Shown: in pieces, positions 20,217 through 28,700 of the stretch
Layout of the letters: each line of letters starts with the position of its first letter
Numbering within the stretch: position 1 is the first letter of the stretch
DNA from: an uncultured Alphaproteobacteria bacterium
GTDB lineage: Bacteria; Pseudomonadota; Alphaproteobacteria; CAAGCB01; CAG-977
DNA: 64,000 nt
Assembly (NCBI GenBank): GCA_944393745.1
Contig: CALYBD010000005.1
Location: forward strand, 11,165 to 75,164
Reading direction: 5' to 3'
Translations under genes and position numbers: made by a program
The notes under the pieces: generated by a model
Database searches by the model: none
What the model was told of the DNA's origin: nothing
What the model saw: the letters and a program-made list of their open reading frames with translations, nothing else

Positions 20217-21647
20217 ATGAAATTTTCTGATTTAGGATTGAATGAAAACACTCTGAAAGCCGTTGCCGATGTCGGTTACAAGGAACCGACGCCGATACAG
20301 CAAAAGGCTATTCCCGAAATTTTAAAACGCAATGATGTGATGGGGATTGCTCAGACGGGAACGGGCAAGACTGCCGCGTTTACTTTGCCGATGATTGATA
20401 TTCTGGCAAACGGGCGGGCAAAGGCGTTGATGCCCAGAACGCTGATTTTGTCACCGACACGCGAATTGGCCATGCAAATAGCCGAATGTTTTCAGAATTA
20501 CGGTAAATATCAAAAACTGTCGATGGCGTTGCTGATCGGCGGGGAATCCATGATTGAACAGCAAAAGATTTTGTCTCGCGGCGTTGATGTGTTGATCGCG
20601 ACGCCGGGGCGTATGATAGATTTATGTGAACGCGGGCGAATTTTGTTGCGTGACGTACAGATATTCGTGTTGGACGAAGCGGACAGAATGCTGGATATGG
20701 GATTTATTCCCGATGTTGAAAAAATTGCGGCAAAGCTGCCCGCAATGCGTCAGACGTTGTTGTTTTCCGCAACGATGTTGCCGGAAATCAAAGCGTTGGC
20801 AAAAAAGTTTATGAAGTTTCCCGTTGAAGTCCGGGTCGATCCGGCAATGTCTGCGGCGGACACGGTTGAACATTTTATTGTTAAAACGAACGAACGGGGA
20901 AAACGCGAAGTGCTGCGCAATCTGATCCGGTCCGAAAATGTTCAAAACGCAATGATTTTCTGCAACCGCAAGAAGGACGTCGATATTTTGTTTAAATCCT
21001 TTACGAAACATCGATTTTCGGTTGCCGCGTTGCACGGAGATATGGCGCAGGGGGCGCGGACGGAAACGCTGAATGATTTTCGTGACGGCAAGGTACAATT
21101 GTTAGTATGTTCGGACGTTGCCGCGCGCGGCCTGGATTTGCCGGACGTGTCGCACGTATTTAATTTTGATGTTCCCGTTAATCCCGAAGACTACATTCAT
21201 CGGATCGGGCGCACGGGGCGTGCGGGAAAGACGGGGCGGGCTTTTATGCTGGTGACGTCTGCGGATTTTAAAGCTTTGGCTTTGATCGAGAAGATGATCG
21301 GTAAAAAAATCGAAGAAATGTCACGCTTTTCCATTGAAATGGATCCGCCGCCGGAACCCAAAAGCAGGCGGCACGGCAAAAACGGAAAGCAGGTAAGGCC
21401 GGAAAAACCGACACCTGAAAAAAAAGGAAAAGAAAAACGGAAAAAATCCGAGATGGCGGCGAAAAAGGCGGCTTCCGCGCAGGAAGCAAAGGAAAAAAAA
21501 GAAGTGAAAAAAGAAAATTTCCGGCACAAAAAGCATGGCGGTCATATCAGAAAAACGGCAGGAGTTTCTGTTTCCGATGCCGTAGAAATTAAGGCGTTCG
21601 GTAAAACGATGCCGGCGTTTATGATGAATGAGGTGAAGTTGTCATGA
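20217..21647 (+). CDS. DEAD-box ATP-dependent RNA helicase with a Lys-rich C-terminal tail
   Basis: Q-motif, AQTGTGKT, DEAD, SAT and HRIGRTGRAG motifs. Confidence 0.9.
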   Translation: MKFSDLGLNENTLKAVADVGYKEPTPIQQKAIPEILKRNDVMGIAQTGTGKTAAFTLPMIDILANGRAKALMPRTLILSPTRELAMQIAECFQNYGKYQKLSMALLIGGESMIEQQKILSRGVDVLIATPGRMIDLCERGRILLRDVQIFVLDEADRMLDMGFIPDVEKIAAKLPAMRQTLLFSATMLPEIKALAKKFMKFPVEVRVDPAMSAADTVEHFIVKTNERGKREVLRNLIRSENVQNAMIFCNRKKDVDILFKSFTKHRFSVAALHGDMAQGARTETLNDFRDGKVQLLVCSDVAARGLDLPDVSHVFNFDVPVNPEDYIHRIGRTGRAGKTGRAFMLVTSADFKALALIEKMIGKKIEEMSRFSIEMDPPPEPKSRRHGKNGKQVRPEKPTPEKKGKEKRKKSEMAAKKAASAQEAKEKKEVKKENFRHKKHGGHIRKTAGVSVSDAVEIKAFGKTMPAFMMNEVKLS

Positions 21648-22351
21648 AACGGATTTTGACGGATTTGCCGCTGCGGACGTATGCTTCTTTGCCCGAAGGC
21701 AATATTGAGCAGGTCGGGGTATTTTTTCACGGTTACGGCGCTGACGGGCAGGATTTATTTAATATCAGCGGTGTTCTGCGCCATTTTTTCCCGAATGCGG
21801 CGTTTTATTTTCCCGATGCGCCGGAAGAATTGGGGTTTTTCGGCGGTTATCAATGGTTTTCTTTGGACGATTATAATCCCGTTGTTTTGTCGGATCCGAT
21901 GGCCGGAGAAAAATATTTGAATTCTTTGATGCCGTTGGCGGAAATAGCCCGCGGCGTGACGGATCCTTATATGCACGCCGTTCTGGAACACAGCGGTGTT
22001 TCGGCAAATAAAGCGGTTTTATGCGGATTTTCCCAAGGCGGGCTGATGGCCGTTTATACGGCGCTGCGTTTTTCGCAAAAACTGGCCGGATCGGTCGGTT
22101 TGTCCGCCGTGGCCGTTATGTTTGACGGCAATACTTTTTCGCCGGACAAAATTGTTTCCGATCCGCCGATAACGCTTATTCACGGTGATGCGGACAATGT
22201 GGTGCCGCCGGCTGTTTTTGAACGTAACAAACAAAATCTGAAAAACGCCGGTTTGTCGGTTGAAAGCTTTGTTGTGCCGCACTTAATGCACGGCATAGAT
22301 GAAACGGCGCTGAATCACTTGTGTTCTTCACTGAAAAAATATTTTTCTTAA
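21644..22351 (+). CDS. Phospholipase/carboxylesterase-family alpha/beta hydrolase
   Basis: GFSQGG nucleophile motif, an HG pair near the C-terminus, 235 aa. Confidence 0.7.
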   Translation: MKRILTDLPLRTYASLPEGNIEQVGVFFHGYGADGQDLFNISGVLRHFFPNAAFYFPDAPEELGFFGGYQWFSLDDYNPVVLSDPMAGEKYLNSLMPLAEIARGVTDPYMHAVLEHSGVSANKAVLCGFSQGGLMAVYTALRFSQKLAGSVGLSAVAVMFDGNTFSPDKIVSDPPITLIHGDADNVVPPAVFERNKQNLKNAGLSVESFVVPHLMHGIDETALNHLCSSLKKYFS

Positions 22352-22357
22352 AAACAT

Positions 22358-22390
22358 GAAGAGAGCTGTTAAAGGCTCTCTTTTTTGTTT
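22358..22390 (+). terminator. Rho-independent terminator after the carboxylesterase gene
   Basis: gaagagagc-tgttaaag-gctctctt followed by ttttttg. Confidence 0.7.
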
Positions 22391-22452
22391 TATTTCTCTG
22401 CTTTTTTATATTCGGAAAGGTATTTTTAACGAAATAGAGCCACTATTAAAGA

Positions 22453-23157
22453 ATGGAAAAAAGTATGTCAAATGCATCTGTTCGCCAAAATATCAAGAAA
22501 ACCGCGGCTTTGGGAATGCCTGCGGAAAACGGCGGGCGTTTGTCCATGTTTATGTGGTTATCGCGTTTTTTCAGTGTATTGTGCTTTTTTTTAGTAACTT
22601 CGCTTGCCGTTCTGGCATTGTCATTAATACATATTACCAAGGAATTGGAAGTAAATTCCGTTTTGGTAACAGCGCCGACGTATTCGGAAAATCTGGCTTA
22701 TTTCGAACCGCTGCACCCGGATATGCCCGCGATGGATATTCTGGCGGAAATGTTCGTGCGCCAGTATGTGACGGCCAGAAATAACGTTTGGCGTCATGCT
22801 CAGGAAATGCGCCGTATGTGGGGACGCGGCGGTATTGTTCGTTATATGTCGACACCTGCTGTATATGAAGAATTCGCCCGTCGGGAAGTCCCCAGATACT
22901 TTCCCGATCCGGCACAGCCGCCAACGGTTATGGTTGAAACGGATATTAAACGGATTATTAAAGAGGGATGGAACAGCTGGCAGATTTTCTTTGATACCCG
23001 TCGAATGGATACATCGATCAGTATGCCGGTTGTTGAACATTGGATTGCTACCATACAGTTTCGTTATTATTCCGATAACGCCATTATGTTTTTCCGTTTG
23101 CGCAATCCGTTGGGATTTACGGTAACGCAGTATCATTTGGCTCGTCAGAAAATATAA
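22453..23157 (+). CDS. virB8: T4SS VirB8-like protein, paralog 1 (bitopic, NTF2-like periplasmic domain)
   Basis: N-terminal TM helix (FFSVLCFFLVTSLAVLALSLI) and a C-terminal RLRNPLGFTVTQYHL matching the VirB8 NPLGF-V--Y signature. Collinear with paralog 2. Confidence 0.7.
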   Translation: MEKSMSNASVRQNIKKTAALGMPAENGGRLSMFMWLSRFFSVLCFFLVTSLAVLALSLIHITKELEVNSVLVTAPTYSENLAYFEPLHPDMPAMDILAEMFVRQYVTARNNVWRHAQEMRRMWGRGGIVRYMSTPAVYEEFARREVPRYFPDPAQPPTVMVETDIKRIIKEGWNSWQIFFDTRRMDTSISMPVVEHWIATIQFRYYSDNAIMFFRLRNPLGFTVTQYHLARQKI

Positions 23158-23180
23158 TTGTCAGGGAGAGGAGCAAAAAG

Positions 23181-23379
23181 AATGAAAAAAAGACTGTTCG
23201 GAAGAATATTTTTTATAACGGCTTTATGCGCTGTTGTAAGTGCCTGCGGCTCTATTTACGAAAAGGAACCTGTCGGGATCGGTCCCGATATTTCGGAATT
23301 AAAGCGTTCTCCGTGCGCTTGCATGCTTTTAAAGCTGCCGGCGGGCTTGCCCGACTGGATAACGACGGCTCAGGGATAA
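23181..23379 (+). CDS. virB7: Small lipoprotein, VirB7-like by size and position
   Basis: 66 aa; the lipobox, RBS and placement between two virB8 paralogs match the rvh-type cluster layout as I recall it. No strong sequence signature beyond that. Confidence 0.4.
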
Positions 23380-23393
23380 CAGGATAAAAAAAT

Positions 23394-24164
23394 ATGCCAA
23401 CTCCGGTAAAATCAAAACAACAGCTGACAGTGAAAACGCCTGAAAACAACCCGGTTCAAAAGGGTTCCGTTTCCGGCGGATCCAATTTGAAAAAAAATGT
23501 TGTTCGTCAACCCGAACGTGAAGAAATTTCAATTGATCAGCTGCGGGAACGGCGTTATTTGTGGACGGCGCGGGCTTTTGCAATCGTGTCGGCCGTGGCG
23601 TTATGCGTTAATTTGGTTTTGTTGTTGGCGATTATTCATATTATGCCGCTGAAACGCGTTGAACCGTTTTTGCTGACGTTTCAGAACAGAGACGAACAGG
23701 TTGTAAAAATTCGTCCTTTGGCAAAGGATATGGCGGCGGAAGATATTATTTCCGAAGCCATGATCAGACAGTATGTGTTGTTAAGAAATACGATGATTTC
23801 GGACGTTGACGAGATGTCTTTCCGTTGGGGGCAGGACGGTCCTTTGCGCTGGATGTCTTCGGCGCAGGTGTATAACCAGTTTGCCAAAACGGTCAAGGAT
23901 TGGCTGTCAAGAATTAAACTGGAAGGCTTAACGCGCGAAGTCCGAATTGAATCCGTTGTTCGAAATCAAAACATCTGGCTGGTTTATATTGTGACGCGCG
24001 ATATGCTGCCGGAAGCCGAAGAACCCGCTATTTCGCGTTGGCGTATCCGTTTGTCGGTCAAATACTTTGCCAAAGATCAAAAAGAAGTCAAATATATTGA
24101 CCGGTTAAAGAATCCTTTGGGGTTTGCCGTTGACGGATATGCGATTGAAAGTGCTAACGATTAA
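23394..24164 (+). CDS. virB8: T4SS VirB8-like protein, paralog 2
   Basis: TM helix (AFAIVSAVALCVNLVLLLAII) and C-terminal RLKNPLGFAVDGYAI. An EAMIRQYV region parallels paralog 1 (EMFVRQYV). Confidence 0.75.
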   Translation: MPTPVKSKQQLTVKTPENNPVQKGSVSGGSNLKKNVVRQPEREEISIDQLRERRYLWTARAFAIVSAVALCVNLVLLLAIIHIMPLKRVEPFLLTFQNRDEQVVKIRPLAKDMAAEDIISEAMIRQYVLLRNTMISDVDEMSFRWGQDGPLRWMSSAQVYNQFAKTVKDWLSRIKLEGLTREVRIESVVRNQNIWLVYIVTRDMLPEAEEPAISRWRIRLSVKYFAKDQKEVKYIDRLKNPLGFAVDGYAIESAND

Positions 24165-24176
24165 AGAAGGTGTCCC

Positions 24177-25706
24177 GTGAAAAGAAATTTGAAAATTCGC
24201 CTTTTTGCTTTTGTTTCGTTGTCTTTTTGTTTTTTGCCGCAGGTCGTTTCGGCACAACAGACGGCTGCGCGTGAATCCATGGATGCGGCGATTGAACAGT
24301 CAAACGGGCAGTATTCTGAAATCGATATGCCGTTTTGGTCTTTGGGAATGCAACAAAAAGCATGGAATAAACCGATGGAACATATGGGGGAAGGCCAGTC
24401 CAAGCCGGGATATTCCAGATATTTTTGGACGCCTGATCTGGTTTTGCCGCTGCGGATTCGGGAAGGTATGCATACGCTGATTAACTTTCCGTCATGGGAA
24501 TTGATTGAAAATGTTTTTCTGGGAAATGAAAGTGCTTTCGGGGCACAGAAGGTCGCGCAGAATGCGTTGATGGTTTTTGCGGCAAATGTTGACCTGGTCG
24601 GTATGGATACGAATATGATTGTTTTCGGCCGTTCCGGGAACAGATATGTTTTTTATTTAAGAAGCGAAACCTTTAATACGGACAGAATAACCAATTCCGT
24701 CGTGGATATCGTTGTCAATGATGCAAAGTTTGTTCCCGATGATTCCGGGCAAACGCCGTTTGCTTCCGGTGCAGTCGGATCCGGCGCCGTTTCTTTTGGC
24801 GGGTCAGGCGGTTTCGGCGGCGCTTTGCGCGGCGCAAAAAAGACAACAACAAAAAACGGAACGGAAGACTGGTTGGCCGATATTGAAGTCGACCCCGAAA
24901 AATTGCGTTTTGATATTGATGTGTTTGTGCCTAATCCGGCGGATATGGAAATTGCGCCCGAACGCGTCTGGCGTGATGAGATTTTCACGTATATTGATTT
25001 CGGTCCGAAGGCGTTGACAATGACGGAACGTCCGATTGTTAATCTTTTGTCTCAGGGATCCGAAGTGCCGATCGGCTTCAGGACGCGCGGCCCCAACGGC
25101 CGACTGATGGTTGTGGAAGGCATCGGCGATTTGGTTTTGCGTAACGGGAAACGGATTTTATGCCTGAAGATCAGAAAAGATCCTGCTTTTGGCACCGAAT
25201 GGGTAGAATACGAAAAATCCGTTCAGCCGGAATGGTCGCCGGGGCCGATGATAACAACGGGCGGCTATAATGCTCCGTCTGCCGGCGGTGTTGCAAACAA
25301 TGCCGATAATACAAATATGCAGGCGGCAAATGCCATGATGATGCAGGCAGGACCGAACGGTATATTATCGGCCAATCAGATTGCTCAGTTTTCACAGCAG
25401 GGACGGGACAGTTCCCGCATGATCCGCCGTTATCGCGACACGTCTATGGAAACGATTGCGGTTGAACTGGGATCAGACAGCGAAATTGCTCCGTTGGAAC
25501 AGAAATGGGACAATATTTCACGTAAAAACAGGGATTTGCTTAATGCGTATGAACCGTATTACTCTGTTGACGCAGTCGCGGAAGGCGAATCAAAAGATTT
25601 ATTCCGTCTGCGCATCGGTCCGGTCGACAGCATTGAAGCAGGGGATAAACTATGTAATCAATTAGGTCGCCGCGGGGTGACGTGTATGGTTGTGCGGACA
25701 CAATGA
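24177..25706 (+). CDS. virB9: T4SS VirB9-like outer-membrane core protein, extended with a Gly/Ser-rich linker and a C-terminal SPOR-like segment
   Basis: GTG start with RBS; signal peptide (FLPQVVSA). A VirB9 N-domain pattern (HTLINFPSWELIENVFLGNE...MVFAANVDLVGMDTNMIVFGRSGNRYVFYL) and a C-domain pattern (YIDFGPK...IVNLL...GRLMVVEGIGDLVLRNGKRILCLKI). The terminal LFRLRIGPVDSIEAGDKLCNQLGRRGVTCMVV resembles a SPOR second half. Confidence 0.7.
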   Translation: MKRNLKIRLFAFVSLSFCFLPQVVSAQQTAARESMDAAIEQSNGQYSEIDMPFWSLGMQQKAWNKPMEHMGEGQSKPGYSRYFWTPDLVLPLRIREGMHTLINFPSWELIENVFLGNESAFGAQKVAQNALMVFAANVDLVGMDTNMIVFGRSGNRYVFYLRSETFNTDRITNSVVDIVVNDAKFVPDDSGQTPFASGAVGSGAVSFGGSGGFGGALRGAKKTTTKNGTEDWLADIEVDPEKLRFDIDVFVPNPADMEIAPERVWRDEIFTYIDFGPKALTMTERPIVNLLSQGSEVPIGFRTRGPNGRLMVVEGIGDLVLRNGKRILCLKIRKDPAFGTEWVEYEKSVQPEWSPGPMITTGGYNAPSAGGVANNADNTNMQAANAMMMQAGPNGILSANQIAQFSQQGRDSSRMIRRYRDTSMETIAVELGSDSEIAPLEQKWDNISRKNRDLLNAYEPYYSVDAVAEGESKDLFRLRIGPVDSIEAGDKLCNQLGRRGVTCMVVRTQ

Positions 25707-28700
25707 ACGAAGATTTACTCAGCTCATCAGACAGATATTTAAAAAAGTCCAACAGAACACTGTTGATTGTCGGGATTATAGCCTTTTTGGCTTTTCTGAC
25801 AGGCGTCATCGTGCTGTTGAGCGGAGAAGAAGAACGTAAAAAAGATGCCGAAGTAACGATTGAAGGATCAGCGGAAAGCTCCAGCAGTATCGTTGGCGGC
25901 GACGCCGATACCTTTAGTCTGCCCGAAGAGGCAACAGCATCTACGGTGCGTTTGGTCGTTACCCCCGAAACCATGCGGTTTGATCAGGTCGTTCTGGGAA
26001 CAATGGCGGAAGGAACATTGACGTTATCGGCTTCTTCCGGGCGGATCAGCGTGACGGCAATCGAATTTGAAAATAAACAGGAAGACGGCTTTGTTCTGGA
26101 AAATAAATGTCGTAAAGATATTGTCCTGACCGGAGACGTCACCTGTAACGTTGTCGTGCGCTGGGAACCGAAAACGGCGCGGACGATTCAGTCTAATCTG
26201 GCTGTTCGCTGGACAGATGAAACGTTCGGCGGTATCGGGCGAAAAGTTATTGTTCCCATTTCGGCAATGGCAATTGATACCAGTATGTGCGGCGTTTGTG
26301 ATGAAGTGCCGGGCAGCAGCGGATCCATGCTGGATCAGCTGCGTCAAAAAGGTCGTGTCATTTTGGGGCCTGACGGGAAACCGATCGGATATGCCGACGA
26401 AAACGGTGTTGTTTACGGGTTGGACGGCAAAAGAATCGGAACTTTGCGCGAAGACGGAACCGTTGTTGATGATCAGGGCTATGTGATCGGTGTTGCGGAA
26501 GGCAGCAGAATAGCCATCGGTCCGAACGGGGAAATCCTGGGTACGATTCTGCCGGACGGCCGCGTAATAGATAAAGACGGCCGTTTGATCGGTTATGCTT
26601 TGCCGGACGGTACCATTGTTGATGAAAACGGAAACGTGATCGGATCTGCGATTAAAACGGGAATCGCGTATGATAAAAACGGCAATCCGATCGGGCGGAT
26701 TATGCCGGACGGGACGGTTGTCGACGATGAAGGCAACGTGATCGGCTATGTGAATCCGGACGGGACGATCGTTGATGCCAACGGTAATATTATCGGATCC
26801 GTTGCGCCGCAGGGAACGGTGGTTGACGCTTCGGGAAAACCGCTGGGAATTGTTATGCCGGACGGGACGGTCGTTGATGCTGACGGCAATATTATCGGCC
26901 GGACTTTACCAAACGGCTTTGTCGTTGACAGAGACGGCAATATTATCGGCCGTGTTGTCAAAGAAGGATTGGCAATCGGGCCCGGTTGCCGCATGATCGG
27001 CAGAATCAGTACGGACGGTTCCGTTATGTCTTCAAACAGACAGGTGGGGCGTTTAACGGCTTCCATGACCGTTGTCGATATGGCGGGCAATCCGATCGGC
27101 GGCTATGTTGAAGAAGGCGCTCTGATTGACTGGGCGGGGAAAATTATCGGTAAGGTCGATCAGGACGGACACCCCGTTTCTTTTAAAGGGGATCCTCTGG
27201 GGTGTTTAACGCCGTACGGGACGGTTGTTAACGATTCTGAAGAAATTATTGCCGCCGTTTTGCCGAAAGGAACGGTTGTCGGAACGCAGTGCGGCGTTGT
27301 CGGACGTGTTATGCCGGACGGCAGTGTTGTCGGCGATGGTCAGATTAAAGGACGCATTTTGCCGGATAAATCATTTTTATCGACAGAAGGGAAAATTGCG
27401 GGCGCTTTGGCGCGTCAGAATGTCGGTGTCGGACCGGGGTGTATGTCTTTGGGATATGTCAATCTTGACGGACAGGTTATGACAGCCAAGGGCGAACTGG
27501 TCGGCTGTCTGGCGGCGAACGGGGAAATCCTTGATAATCAAAAAGTCGTTTTGGGAAAAATATTGGATTCCGCCGTTGCCATAAATCCCGACGGGCGGGT
27601 TGTCGGCGTAATGGATCCGGTCGGCAGAATTCAGGATAAAGAAGGAAAAATTTTAGGCTGTGCGGATCCTGACGGGCTGGTTATTAACTCCAAAAACGAA
27701 TCGGTCGGCATAATGATGCCGACGGGCGGTGTTTTGGATCGTGACGGGCGTACAATCGGCTGGGTTATGCCGGACGGTTCTGTTTCAAACGGAAAAAACA
27801 GCACTGTCGGTAAAGTCATGCCGGACGGGACTGTCATTGACCTGACCGGACAAACGGTTGCTCGTGTCGCACCGTATAAAGGACTGGCTTTAAGAGGCAG
27901 CTGTGAACCGGTCGGCAACGTTTTGATTGACGGGCGTGTCGTTGATAATGAATTTAAACGGACGGCTTATATCCGCATGGACGACAGTCTGGCAAACGAA
28001 GCCGGTGATTTTGTCGGCCGTATCGCTTATGGCGCCAGAGGCATCAGTGCCAAAGACGTTTATTTGGGGGCAACGGGAAATGACGGCACGTTATATAATC
28101 CGGCCGGCGAAAAAATCGGTTGCTTGCGCCCGGATTCTTTATTCGTTGACGCAGAAAATAAATTTTTGGGCGCGGCTCTTCCCGAAGGAGTGGCTGTTAA
28201 TGATAAATCAGAACTGTATGCCCGAGGCGATTCGATCGCCAAAGCGCTGGATCTGAAAGGATCGGAATTTATCGGTTCGGTGACGCTCAGCGGCTTTATC
28301 AAAGAAGGCGACAGAATTTCCGGCGGAATTATTCCGGACAGAGCTGATGTTTTGGATATTAAAACCAGTGAAAAAATCGGTCGTTTATTGCCTGACGGTA
28401 CGGCGCTGGATTTGCTCAGCCGTTATTTGGGACGGTTAAGAATGCCCAGTGGGGAAATTGTCAATAAAGACGGCCGCGTCGTCGGTAAGATCTTTGTCGG
28501 TATGCGCCAAGTGATCGGCCCGAACGGAGAAATTCTGGGGGTGGTGATGCCGGACGGTACCGTGGTAGATGCTTCGGGTCGCGTTATCGGCAAAGCCGAT
28601 TTGAACGGTAAAGTCGTTGATAAAGACGGACGGGTCATCGGTGAAGTCATTCCGGTCGGCCAGCCGATTATCGGCCCTGACGGGAAAATTATCGGTTACG

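Noticed and set aside
22356-22784. 142-aa ORF overlapping the terminator and the start of virB8 paralog 1
   Set aside because: It begins inside the intrinsic terminator of the upstream gene and runs out of frame through the better-supported virB8-like gene; it has no conserved features.
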